DNA of 64,000 bases. Source: a virus. The position numbers and the translations under genes were made by a program. Below the pieces are notes generated by a model, which made no database searches, was not told the DNA's origin, and saw only the letters and a list, made by a program, of their open reading frames with translations. The stretch's first letter is position 1, and each line of letters starts with the position of its first letter. Location: the UHGV virus genome UHGV-0277313; one strand, written 5' to 3'. Shown one piece after another: positions 29,798 to 38,502 of the stretch.

Positions 29798-30385
29798 TTA
29801 AGCACTAAACGACAGTTTATTGTACAACATAAATAATAAACGAACAGTTTTAAAGCATGAATTGTCAGAAGGTGTTGGCAAATCAAATGCTGTACATATT
29901 GTGTTAAATTTAAAATCAGGGATTGTTGGACGAATGTCCAACATTGCAATATTTGCTAATTGCATAACATCTAAAGCTGGTGAATAGAAATAATCAAAAA
30001 ATCTATTATGTTGTTCTCCTGATTCATTAACAGTTACACCATATCGTTTAAACATGTTTAGTATAAAGTCGTATACAAAAGGTGCATTATAGGCAACAAT
30101 CATAAACTTTTCATTTTGTGAATAATGTTTCTTTAATATTTCTTCAACGTGTTTAAATGCAAACTCTTGTGGAATATATTTTTGTATATCCTCTATTTTT
30201 TCATTGTTTATCGTTAAAGCTTTTGGATCAAACTCAACATCGCCTGGATTCATTTTTGTATACATTTGGTCAATTACTTTGCCATTCTTTTCAACCAAAA
30301 TTGCAATTTCAGTAATACCGTGTTTCCAAGGAATTGTTCCTGTTGTTTTTATAGATGTGAATAGTTTTATCATTTTGATTTCCAA
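29798..30385 (-). CDS. DEDD-exonuclease-fold protein with degenerate Exo I motif (likely inactive)
   Basis: LFTSIKTTG aligns to F-D-T-E-TTG with both acidic residues replaced. Exo II-like VAYNAPFVYDFIL is retained. Confidence 0.4.
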   Translation of the reverse strand: MEIKMIKLFTSIKTTGTIPWKHGITEIAILVEKNGKVIDQMYTKMNPGDVEFDPKALTINNEKIEDIQKYIPQEFAFKHVEEILKKHYSQNEKFMIVAYNAPFVYDFILNMFKRYGVTVNESGEQHNRFFDYFYSPALDVMQLANIAMLDIRPTIPDFKFNTICTAFDLPTPSDNSCFKTVRLLFMLYNKLSFSA

Positions 30386-30506
30386 TGTTTATTGAAACTT
30401 TTGAAAGATTATCACATTAAAAATTATAGTGCAAGTCTTATTTTGAAATTCAAATTTCATAATTAATGATATACCAACTGAACAATGGACAGTCAAATAA
30501 ATTAAA

Positions 30507-30530
30507 AGGGCAGGTTTATTTACCTGCCCT
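30507..30530. terminator. Bidirectional terminator hairpin
   Basis: AGGGCAGGT-ttattt-ACCTGCCCT flanked by AAAA and TTCTTT. Confidence 0.7.
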
Positions 30531-30534
30531 TTCT

Positions 30535-30843
30535 TTATGCAATTTTCTCAAATTTACAGTCACGAACAATATATACAACAGGTTTTTTCTTTTTTGCTTC
30601 AACAATAAAAATAAAACCTTCATTGTTTTTATCTACAAATTCTTTAGCCTGTTTCAATGAACCATAAACAGGATATTCAATATCATCGTCAACTGTAATT
30701 ACATCACCTAAAATATTGTCAATATCCTGAAATGCAAACTGATAAAAGTCTGATGCAAATTCATCAACATCATTTGCTTTTAAAAACATTTCTTTCATAT
30801 ATTCAATCAAATCACGAGGTGTTTCGAAATGTGGTTTTGTCAT
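30535..30843 (-). CDS. Hypothetical protein
   Basis: 102-aa ORF. Terminator immediately downstream. Confidence 0.5.
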   Translation of the reverse strand: MTKPHFETPRDLIEYMKEMFLKANDVDEFASDFYQFAFQDIDNILGDVITVDDDIEYPVYGSLKQAKEFVDKNNEGFIFIVEAKKKKPVVYIVRDCKFEKIA

Positions 30844-30983
30844 CTTAACTTCCTTTTTTGTTTAACCAATGTAGACACTTTAGAATAACATTTTCAAAAT
30901 GTCAAGCTTTATTTGCAAACATATCTAAAAAACATTCATCACGTTCTTTTTATAAAGATTTTTATATTTAAACAGGTGTGAAT

Positions 30984-32087
30984 ATGAGCATTCGTGTTAA
31001 CGGTAAAGTGATTGCAAGTAATGGAGATGTTAAAACAGAAACTGATAACCTGGTAACCACTGATACTAATCAGACTATTACCGCAACTAAAGTATTCACT
31101 GCTGAACAGCAGAAGAAATCAACAGTTATCGATATTACAACACAGCCAGAAAATTACACTTCAAATAACGCTTTTCGTTTTCTAGATAAAAACGATCAAA
31201 TTTCTGGTTATATTGAAAATGGTCAGATGGCTTCTGGCGAAATTACAACAGGGATCCATGCAAAAAATAAAGATGGCTATCAACCTCATGTAAGTATTTT
31301 TGCACCTTTATCAGGTACAACCGGAGCTTATGCAATCGCACCTAGGACACCTGAAGACGCTCCTGATAATGCTATTACTACCATTGATTATGTGAAGAAT
31401 AACTATGTAGATAAGACGAGTAATCAGACGATTTCTGGTGTTAAAACATTCACGGCAAGTAGACCTGTTGAAATTATAGCTGATACCAATCAGCAAATAG
31501 TTCCTACTACCGACACATCTTGTGTGCTTGGATTATACCGTAATGCTACATATACAAAGGGAGATGGATTTTCGAGTTGGATACAAGGAGTTCGTGCTTC
31601 TAACGGGTTATCAACGAGCGGGATGTATGTAAGACGATTTCTTGAAAGTGATAGTCAGCCAATTGTAAACTATATTTCTGTACAAATAACAGCAGATGGA
31701 AGCCCTTTTGCCGTTACAAAAACACCCCCTGCTTATTGCGTTAATGAAGAAATAGTAACTGCTGCGTGGTTTAAGCAGTCAAACTGTAGCGTAAGAACAG
31801 TCATAGAAACATATCACAATGGCACTGAATGGTATCGCGTCTGGAGTGATGGCTGGAAAGAACAAGGTGGTGTTGTTTTAACTGGAAATTCGGCAACCCC
31901 CGTAACCGTGACACTTTTAACACCCTTTTCTGACGCAAATTATACTCTTCAAGCTACTTGCAACCCTCTAACAGTACAATGGGCACAAATGGTAGATTTG
32001 CAGATTGTAAATAAAACTGCAACATCTTTTGGGATAATCGCTAACCCGTCAAACAACAATAACAACTGGTTCGCCTGTGGTTATTAA
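30984..32087 (+). CDS. Tail-fibre-like protein
   Basis: VTTDTNQTITATKVFT and TSNQTISGVKTFT fibre repeats. YTKGDGFSSWIQGVRASNG...VRRFLESD shared with 40654..41397. Confidence 0.6.
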   Translation: MSIRVNGKVIASNGDVKTETDNLVTTDTNQTITATKVFTAEQQKKSTVIDITTQPENYTSNNAFRFLDKNDQISGYIENGQMASGEITTGIHAKNKDGYQPHVSIFAPLSGTTGAYAIAPRTPEDAPDNAITTIDYVKNNYVDKTSNQTISGVKTFTASRPVEIIADTNQQIVPTTDTSCVLGLYRNATYTKGDGFSSWIQGVRASNGLSTSGMYVRRFLESDSQPIVNYISVQITADGSPFAVTKTPPAYCVNEEIVTAAWFKQSNCSVRTVIETYHNGTEWYRVWSDGWKEQGGVVLTGNSATPVTVTLLTPFSDANYTLQATCNPLTVQWAQMVDLQIVNKTATSFGIIANPSNNNNNWFACGY

Positions 32088-32099
32088 GGAGAGACAACA

Positions 32100-32426
32100 A
32101 TGAAACTTTACAAAAACGAAATGACAAATGCGAAATACGCCGACCTTGCTGTTTATTGTAACAAGAATGGCAAAGTCATTGAAGACAAAGGTGATTATCT
32201 GGAAGCGGTTAATCCTCCTGAACCGGGTATTGAAGAAAAGAAAGCTCAAGTTCGTTCCATCCGTAATCAATACTTGGAACAGACAGATAAATTCATGATT
32301 ACTGACTATCCTATCACTGATGAAGAACGTGAGATTTATAAACAGTATCGTACTTATTTGCGTGATTACACACTGACAGAAAACTGGTGGGAAAGTAATC
32401 CGTTGAAGTTCGAGGAATGGAAATAA
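32100..32426 (+). CDS. Hypothetical protein
   Basis: Shine-Dalgarno AAGGAGAGA precedes ATG 32100. Confidence 0.55.
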   Translation: MKLYKNEMTNAKYADLAVYCNKNGKVIEDKGDYLEAVNPPEPGIEEKKAQVRSIRNQYLEQTDKFMITDYPITDEEREIYKQYRTYLRDYTLTENWWESNPLKFEEWK

Positions 32427-33286
32427 TTAAACCCTGTTACAATTATAAATTTTGGATTGAACATATGAATAATACTAATACTAATGCTATTGAAGCAACG
32501 TTTAGACACAAAATTCTAGAATCAGTTTTGAATCTTCTAGAAGATACTGATTTATCTTTTGATGCTAACGAACAAAAAGACATCTCTAAAATGCTAATAC
32601 AAATGGCTAGTGAAGTTGGCGAACAAGTGCCTGAACAAATACAGGTACTTGCAAATTCAGATGATAGTAATGTTCAGGAATCGAATGTTATTGATATTTT
32701 GAAATCATTTGCTAAAAAAGTCATTCCGGCATTTTTATTAAGCACAGTATTGTTCAGTCCTTCAGCAAATGCTATGAATATACCGTCACAAGTATCAATG
32801 CAAAGTGGTTATATACAAGGTGTTTATGATATTGATACTAGAGAATATACAACAAAAAAGTGTAATGACATTGCAAATCAATTGACGTTAAAATGGAAAT
32901 CTTCACAAGATAGTGAAGAAATCTTTAAAGATTTAAGTCAATTAAGCGGTTGTGAATTTAGTCCTGTTCAAACAACATTCTTACAATCCGAGCTTGATGC
33001 TTATGAAAATTTAGCTTCAAAATATATTGATGTAACTATTGAAGTAGTTAAAGATGCACAAACGAATGAGTTAACAGATCAGTTTTCTGTTGAAATCAAT
33101 GCATTATCATCAAAAGATTCAGCAACACTTGAGAATGGTTCTTCACACGAAGCTTATGATTTATTAAGTAATAAAATTGTAGGCTTTAAAGATCATATTA
33201 CATACGATAATTTTATGAACATGATTAAGTCGTGCGATTCAAAAAAGCTTCAAGATTTAGTTAACAAAAGTATAGAAAATAATTAA
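32417..33286 (+). CDS. Hypothetical protein
   Basis: 289-aa ORF. Start uncertain (alternative ATG at 32465). Confidence 0.35.
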   Translation: MEIIKPCYNYKFWIEHMNNTNTNAIEATFRHKILESVLNLLEDTDLSFDANEQKDISKMLIQMASEVGEQVPEQIQVLANSDDSNVQESNVIDILKSFAKKVIPAFLLSTVLFSPSANAMNIPSQVSMQSGYIQGVYDIDTREYTTKKCNDIANQLTLKWKSSQDSEEIFKDLSQLSGCEFSPVQTTFLQSELDAYENLASKYIDVTIEVVKDAQTNELTDQFSVEINALSSKDSATLENGSSHEAYDLLSNKIVGFKDHITYDNFMNMIKSCDSKKLQDLVNKSIENN

Positions 33287-33308
33287 TTTTAATTAAAGGT
33301 ATTTTAAA

Positions 33309-33686
33309 ATGTTTAAAGCAATTAAAGACGAAAAGATTATCGCAGTTAATGAATCAGGTGAATTTCCTTGCATGATTTATGATTCCGTTGAAGAAGATAC
33401 TGAACATACACTTTCTGACTATGTTCATTGCAATGGTGAATTCGTTTTGACAACATCTGATCCTGCAATTGCACAATATAAAGAAATTAAACGTTCTGAA
33501 CGTGACGCTATGATTGAAAAATATGAATGGCGTCTATCACGTTATGAACGTCAAAAAGCAATTAATATTGAAACTACAGATTCTGAAGAAACGTATCTTA
33601 ATCTGTGTAAATACATTCAGGATTTGAGAGATATCACCAAAAAAGATAAATGGTGGCAACTTGAATTAAAAGAATTTGCAGAATAA
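33309..33686 (+). CDS. Hypothetical protein
   Basis: Shine-Dalgarno AAAGG. Followed by a terminator. Confidence 0.5.
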   Translation: MFKAIKDEKIIAVNESGEFPCMIYDSVEEDTEHTLSDYVHCNGEFVLTTSDPAIAQYKEIKRSERDAMIEKYEWRLSRYERQKAINIETTDSEETYLNLCKYIQDLRDITKKDKWWQLELKEFAE

Positions 33687-33709
33687 AGTTTTAACATATC
33701 AATAAAAGG

Positions 33710-33745
33710 CCAGTAGTTAAATTAATTGCTGGTCTTTATTTTTTT
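33710..33745 (+). terminator. Rho-independent terminator
   Basis: CCAGUAGUU...AAUUGCUGG stem with G-U pairs, then TCTTTATTTTTTT. Confidence 0.5.
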
Positions 33746-34385
33746 ATATTGTTCTAATCTCGACCCAACCAGACTGTCCTGTTGCACCAACGATTGTTGT
33801 GGATTGGTTTGTCCCACTCCCACCAGCACCTGGCCCTGTTAATGTTCCATCAACAAGTGAATAACCCCCGTGACCTCCAGCAACCCAACCGTCACCATTG
33901 TTACCTACCGAATTTCTGATTATTCGATAAAACGATCCTTGAACTGTAGCTGCAGCTCCCCCAGCACCATGCCCAATACCACCATTTCGTTGGCTATCAC
34001 CACCGCCTCCTCCTGAAATTGACACAAGACCAGATATAGATGAGCCACCACCATTTTGTGCCCATACGTTTCTATTTCCACCAGCACTTCCAGCTCCAAT
34101 GACAATTGACAATACAGTGTTTTTAATTAATTTTATATCACCAATAAATAAACCACTACTACCACCAGATGCAGTTGCTCCACCTCCACCACCACCAACA
34201 ACAGTGATACGATAGTTTTGTGATGTTGGGATTGTAAATGAATAGGTTCCTGAATTACGTATAGAAAATAAAACGGTATTTACAGGAAGAATTTGAAACA
34301 TTAATGAAGAAGCATGATAAACTTTTCCAATATTTCGACTACCTTTAATGGTGCAAATCAATTTATTTCCTTTATATATTGGCAT
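33744..34385 (-). CDS. Gly-rich structural-type protein (IYKGNK...RITVVGGGGGGATASGG)
   Basis: Paralog of 6948..7691 and 27744..28382. Confidence 0.6.
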   Translation of the reverse strand: MPIYKGNKLICTIKGSRNIGKVYHASSLMFQILPVNTVLFSIRNSGTYSFTIPTSQNYRITVVGGGGGGATASGGSSGLFIGDIKLIKNTVLSIVIGAGSAGGNRNVWAQNGGGSSISGLVSISGGGGGDSQRNGGIGHGAGGAAATVQGSFYRIIRNSVGNNGDGWVAGGHGGYSLVDGTLTGPGAGGSGTNQSTTIVGATGQSGWVEIRTI

Positions 34386-34442
34386 AGTTTAGATGTTCCT
34401 TCAAATGATGAATTATAATTAACATATAGTTCAAGAACGTTG

Positions 34443-34462
34443 AATCGTACGATTGTTTTATA
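34443..34462 (-). promoter_or_regulatory. Palindrome-box motif (AATCGTACGATTCAACGTTC on the minus strand) directed at 33744..34385
   Basis: TCGTACGA core with a GTTC-type extension. Confidence 0.4.
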
Positions 34463-34480
34463 AAATTGAAATTTAAAATG

Positions 34481-34500
34481 TATCGTACGAATCGAAGGTC
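34481..34500 (+). promoter_or_regulatory. Palindrome-box motif TATCGTACGAATCGAAGGTC ~35 nt upstream of ATG 34535
   Basis: TCGTACGA plus GAAGGTC. Confidence 0.45.
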
Positions 34501-34534
34501 TTTAAATAAAAGGATTGTTAAATTAGGAAAAGCA

Positions 34535-35731
34535 ATGTCTAACTATCAATTAACTCAATCGGTCGTTCAAGGTTTACTAAAAGACAAAAACACAATAATT
34601 GATAAATTTAATTCGAATAAAATTGTTTCAATTCAGCAAGATATTAAGTTAGAATTAAATGACGGTACTCTGATTTTAAAAGCTGGAAGTAAAGTATATA
34701 TACCTAATGGTAAGAATAGTGATGATAGCAATAAATTTGATGCAGTTACTATTGAGAATGATGTAACTTATTCTGCCGTATATACATCGGCCGTTAAATG
34801 TTATGCTGTATACGATTATTCAGCAAAAAGATTGCAAATAATTTCTTTAACTGATAATAGATTATCTTATGATTCTACAACAAATAAAGTAATTCATACA
34901 GAAATAACTGATAATGTTTTATCTTTTCCATTTGCTTTAGTAGTAAGAGATACAACTGGTATAGGTAGTGTTAACCAAATCTTCAATGGTTTTGGATACA
35001 TTGGCTCGACTTGTTATATTTTACCAGGTATTACCGGATATATTCCACAAGGATTAAATTCAGACGGAACTTTAATTAATGAAATAATCACACAAACAAA
35101 AGTGTCTTGTACAACAGTTACTTCATCATGGGGAACTGGTTCAGAATTATTCTTCTTTAATGGCATCGATAGCTATATTCATAGAGCTTCAAAAAATTGT
35201 TTTTATCAAGCAACACAACCTATAGTGAACGATGTTGACAATTATTGGTATAACACTGAAACTGGGAAATTTTATGAAACAAAAAATTCTGGATCATCTT
35301 GGTCTGAATTTAAAGCTATTCCTGCATTTACGATTACTTTTGATGAAGGGAAGATTACATCTTTAAAATCTTGTGGTGTACATGAATTAGTCAATTCAAA
35401 TGCAACGAATTTATCTGACTATGGAAGACAAGTTATTTCAGGTTTAGGAAAGCCTTCTAGCAAATATATTGATCTGACTGTCGGGGCTTCTGGAACGACT
35501 TATATCGCTCCAATGAATGGCTATCTTTATTGTAGTGGTCATGCCGATGCTTCACCTGCATATATATCAATTGATATTCCAAACTTACAATATTGTGGAA
35601 TAAATGGTGATGAAGGACAGGATTTAACAACAAATCAAATAGCATTAAAAATTGGTGATAAATTTACTCTACGCTATAGTAACACAACAATTAATGCTTT
35701 TAGGTTTGTTTATGATGAAGGGTGCTCTTAA
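34535..35731 (+). CDS. Tail-fibre-like protein (paralog of 38503..39789)
   Basis: DIKLELNDGTLILKAGSK, IFNGFGYIGST, YIDLTVGASGTTYIAPMNGY and RFVYDEG motifs. Shine-Dalgarno AGGAAAAG precedes ATG 34535; the track ORF from 34466 runs through the motif box. Confidence 0.55.
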   Translation: MSNYQLTQSVVQGLLKDKNTIIDKFNSNKIVSIQQDIKLELNDGTLILKAGSKVYIPNGKNSDDSNKFDAVTIENDVTYSAVYTSAVKCYAVYDYSAKRLQIISLTDNRLSYDSTTNKVIHTEITDNVLSFPFALVVRDTTGIGSVNQIFNGFGYIGSTCYILPGITGYIPQGLNSDGTLINEIITQTKVSCTTVTSSWGTGSELFFFNGIDSYIHRASKNCFYQATQPIVNDVDNYWYNTETGKFYETKNSGSSWSEFKAIPAFTITFDEGKITSLKSCGVHELVNSNATNLSDYGRQVISGLGKPSSKYIDLTVGASGTTYIAPMNGYLYCSGHADASPAYISIDIPNLQYCGINGDEGQDLTTNQIALKIGDKFTLRYSNTTINAFRFVYDEGCS

Positions 35732-35825
35732 ATAGTCTGTCAGGTTGTACAACATTTGATTTAACCAGAACAGAGTTTCACCTTAGGCAATGCAAGATAT
35801 GAAACCGTTAATTGTTTTCAAATTT

Positions 35826-35904
35826 AGAAACCTTATAAAATTTTATGATTTTATTTATGTTGAATCATAGAAAATTAAAAATCAAGACTTGTTTTAAAAA
35901 TAAT
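35826..35904 (+). repeat. Solitary copy (~75% identity) of the ~80-nt 5' leader found upstream of the TnpB-like gene 36479..37792
   Basis: AAACCTTAtaAAATTTTATgaTTTtATTTATGTT...TCAAGACTTgTTTTAAAAATAATa matches 37796..37875. Confidence 0.5.
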
Positions 35905-36001
35905 AAGATCCAAAGTTAACTTTTGAAAAAGAGAATGTTTGTTTTTGAACCATCTCAATTTTTCTATTGATTTTCTTATTCATATCTTATAATATAATTA
36001 T

Positions 36002-36415
36002 ATGAAAGGAATAAAGAAGATGCAAAGAATTCAAAAATTGAAATACACCTTGAAACATAAAATTGCTTTTCTTAAAGTTGAAAAGCAAATCACTGGTCAC
36101 ATTTCATTTAAGGGAATTGTTCATGATTTGGATAAAGTCTTTATGTTCCTTTTTTGTCCTTGGTTGACAACGAAAGAAATTCAAAAGATTCATCGTCAAA
36201 ATCAAAAACATCACATTGAAAATGTTTCACAAAAAACAGAAAAGGATTATCTGGAAGCAATCATTGATTGGGAATGTGCAAGATATACAAAGCCGGATAA
36301 ACCTTTAAATGCTTATGAAACACTTATGAAGTTTTATCCGAATTACAAAGAAGTTTATTTACCTCTTATTTTGCAATATCTTCCGCAGGAAGTTATCGAT
36401 TACAAATCAAAATAA
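36002..36415 (+). CDS. Hypothetical protein (passenger ORF next to the TnpB-like gene)
   Basis: Shine-Dalgarno GAAAGGAA precedes ATG 36002. 137 aa. Confidence 0.5.
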   Translation: MKGIKKMQRIQKLKYTLKHKIAFLKVEKQITGHISFKGIVHDLDKVFMFLFCPWLTTKEIQKIHRQNQKHHIENVSQKTEKDYLEAIIDWECARYTKPDKPLNAYETLMKFYPNYKEVYLPLILQYLPQEVIDYKSK

Positions 36416-36478
36416 ATTGTAGTGTTTGAGAAAAAGATCAGTTTGAAATTTGCTTCTCACTGATCTCTTTAAAATAGC

Positions 36479-37792
36479 TCAACATTCTAAACTATTATAA
36501 ATTTTATATAAATTTACAAAAGATTTAGATGACTTGAGTCTAAAAACTTCAGATTTAAACAAACCCAAAGAACGTCTGTATTTCACTCCAGATGTTTTTG
36601 CTATATCAAAGAGTTCTTTCCAAGAACTATAAACCCAGCTTGCTGATTCCTTCCATAGGTTGAACAAACTTTCAGCTTTTATAAGTTCTGGATAAAACCG
36701 ACCTTTGATATAACGGAAATTCGCACGACGTGCAATTTCCAAACTTGCTGCTATCGGGTCTGGTGCTTCGTTAAGCACATTCCCAATGAATGAAGAATAA
36801 ACTGGATTGACTTCTATGAAGTCTATTTTGTTAAGCAAGCATAGTTTCTTTAAAGCAGAAACCAAGCTATCTCTTTTCCATTTATTCTTCGTTAATCTAT
36901 TGAATGATTTACCTTTTCCTGAATTACCAATTTTGAAATTCAAATCTTCAATGCCAAATTTACCAACATGGAAAAATTTGCATTTTTTGATTATATCTTT
37001 CGCAATCTCTTTAAGCTCAAAGATTTGCTTGTTGTTTTGGTGCTTAGAGTCTTTATGAGAAGAAGATTTATGAAAATTTTTGGTAAAATAGGAAAGGTCA
37101 TACTGCTCTTTAAGTAATATCTTCCTCTTATCACCAGTCCATTTAGAAATAGAAAATCCAATATAATTTGGATTCATATCAATTGCGCCAATAACATTTA
37201 ATTTTCCATTATAATTGGAACAATAGATTTTGAAATCATCGAAAGCAATACAGATTTTATCTAATTTTAATTCAACACTAAAATTAGATAACTTCTGCTT
37301 GACTTGCTCTTCTAAGCTGATTAGTTCATATAAGTAATTCTTATGAAAGATAGGTAACTTCAAATAGATATGTTTAGTTTTAGAAAACTTAAAGATAATC
37401 TGGTTATTTGAGATATCCAACTTGAATTTACGATTTCCACCTTTTGGCGTTTCACCTTGAGAATAAATCCCTAAAAATCTATTTTCTTTGAAAATATTTT
37501 TATTTAACTTATGTTTTAATCTCTGAAAGAAATTAAATTTACCTCCAAATATAACATTTTCTTTATTTGCTGCAAGCAAATAACTTGCTTTCTTAATAGC
37601 ACACTGAATAAACCACGAATCCGAAGGAACATTTGATAAGCTTTTAGAAAGCAATCTAATGTCTTTTTCAGATTTTTCATCTTGAAAACGGTTATATGCA
37701 AATCTTACCATATTAGACGACTTACGAATTTCATCTCTGATGAAGATTCGATCATCGTCTGAACAAGTATAAGGTAAGCTAATTGTTTTCAA
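36479..37792 (-). CDS. TnpB/Fanzor-like RuvC-fold nuclease lacking the zinc finger (paralog a)
   Basis: RuvC-I VIGAIDMNPNYIGF and RuvC-II FGIEDLNFK. EVNPVYSSFIGN sits in the position of the TnpB VDPxYTSQxC motif but has no CxxC. RuvC-III-like APDPIAASLEIARRA. TTG start. ~85% aa identity to 46869..48176. Confidence 0.6.
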   Translation of the reverse strand: MKTISLPYTCSDDDRIFIRDEIRKSSNMVRFAYNRFQDEKSEKDIRLLSKSLSNVPSDSWFIQCAIKKASYLLAANKENVIFGGKFNFFQRLKHKLNKNIFKENRFLGIYSQGETPKGGNRKFKLDISNNQIIFKFSKTKHIYLKLPIFHKNYLYELISLEEQVKQKLSNFSVELKLDKICIAFDDFKIYCSNYNGKLNVIGAIDMNPNYIGFSISKWTGDKRKILLKEQYDLSYFTKNFHKSSSHKDSKHQNNKQIFELKEIAKDIIKKCKFFHVGKFGIEDLNFKIGNSGKGKSFNRLTKNKWKRDSLVSALKKLCLLNKIDFIEVNPVYSSFIGNVLNEAPDPIAASLEIARRANFRYIKGRFYPELIKAESLFNLWKESASWVYSSWKELFDIAKTSGVKYRRSLGLFKSEVFRLKSSKSFVNLYKIYNSLEC

Positions 37793-37795
37793 TTT

Positions 37796-37875
37796 ATAAA
37801 CCTTAGGAAATTTTATAGTTTAATTTATGTTAAATTAGATTTAGTTAGATGTCAAGACTTATTTTAAAAATAATC
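37796..37875 (-). repeat. Conserved 5' leader of the TnpB-like gene (ends in the TATTTTTAAAATAAGTCTTGA motif)
   Basis: Matches the leader of 46869..48176 (46788..46868) and the solitary copy at 35826..35904. Confidence 0.5.
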
Positions 37876-37964
37876 TCTTTGATTTTAACTAAGTCTTCTT
37901 GAATTGACATTTTAAGATTTCCAACTTCATATTAAAAAGATGGATAGAATTAAGTATAAAAACA

Positions 37965-38005
37965 AAGGAGAGGCTTAGGATTTTTATTTCCTAAGCCTCT
38001 TCCTT
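37965..38005 (-). terminator. Strong hairpin terminator downstream of the small ORF 38021..38176
   Basis: GGAGAGGCTTAGGA-ttttta-TCCTAAGCCTCTTCC, a 14-bp stem followed by a T-run on the minus strand. Confidence 0.6.
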
Positions 38006-38020
38006 CATTTTGAAGATTTT

Positions 38021-38176
38021 TTAATAATCTTCGTACCAATCACCTTGGCCATTTACCCGACGATGATAATCTTCGTTGCTTTCGTGGGATTTCCGTGTTG
38101 TGCCTTGTTCCCGTTCCAGCCGTTTGAATCTTTCGTAAGAGCTTTCTTCTTTATCTTCATCATAGGTGTAACTCAT
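38021..38176 (-). CDS. Small highly charged protein (51 aa; MSYTYDEDKEESSYERFKRLEREQG...DWYEDY)
   Basis: Perfect AAGGAG Shine-Dalgarno 8 nt before the ATG. Hairpin terminator downstream. Absent from the track, which lists only ORFs of 60 aa or more. Confidence 0.5.
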   Translation of the reverse strand: MSYTYDEDKEESSYERFKRLEREQGTTRKSHESNEDYHRRVNGQGDWYEDY

Positions 38177-38430
38177 TTTCTTTTCTCCTTTTCCTTTCTC
38201 CAGGGGAAATCAATTTCCCTTTACATATATAACATAACCTTTTTTGGAGAAGAAATCAAGAACTTTTTTATATTTTTATTATAATTTTTCTTGATTTCTC
38301 TGCAAATCTTCAATTAAACACAGAGAGCTAAATGAAAGCTAACGTTTTAAGTTGAATCGAAATAGTCATTTCGAATTTCATAACAAATGAAGATTAAATT
38401 AAAAACTTATGCTCTTAAATAATCTGCTAA

Positions 38431-38450
38431 ATCGTACGACAGATTTAATA
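38431..38450 (+). promoter_or_regulatory. Palindrome-box motif (AATCGTACGAC..., weak second half) upstream of 38503
   Basis: TCGTACGAC core ~62 nt upstream of the ATG. Confidence 0.35.
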
Positions 38451-38502
38451 ATAAATATTTAATTTAATGTTCTTTTATTAGTTAAAATAAAGGAGCATTA
38501 AA

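Noticed and set aside
38045-38284. Plus-strand 79-aa ORF
   Set aside because: Phe-rich and hydrophobic, with no Shine-Dalgarno sequence. It overlaps the better-supported minus-strand 51-aa ORF with its perfect Shine-Dalgarno sequence and terminator.
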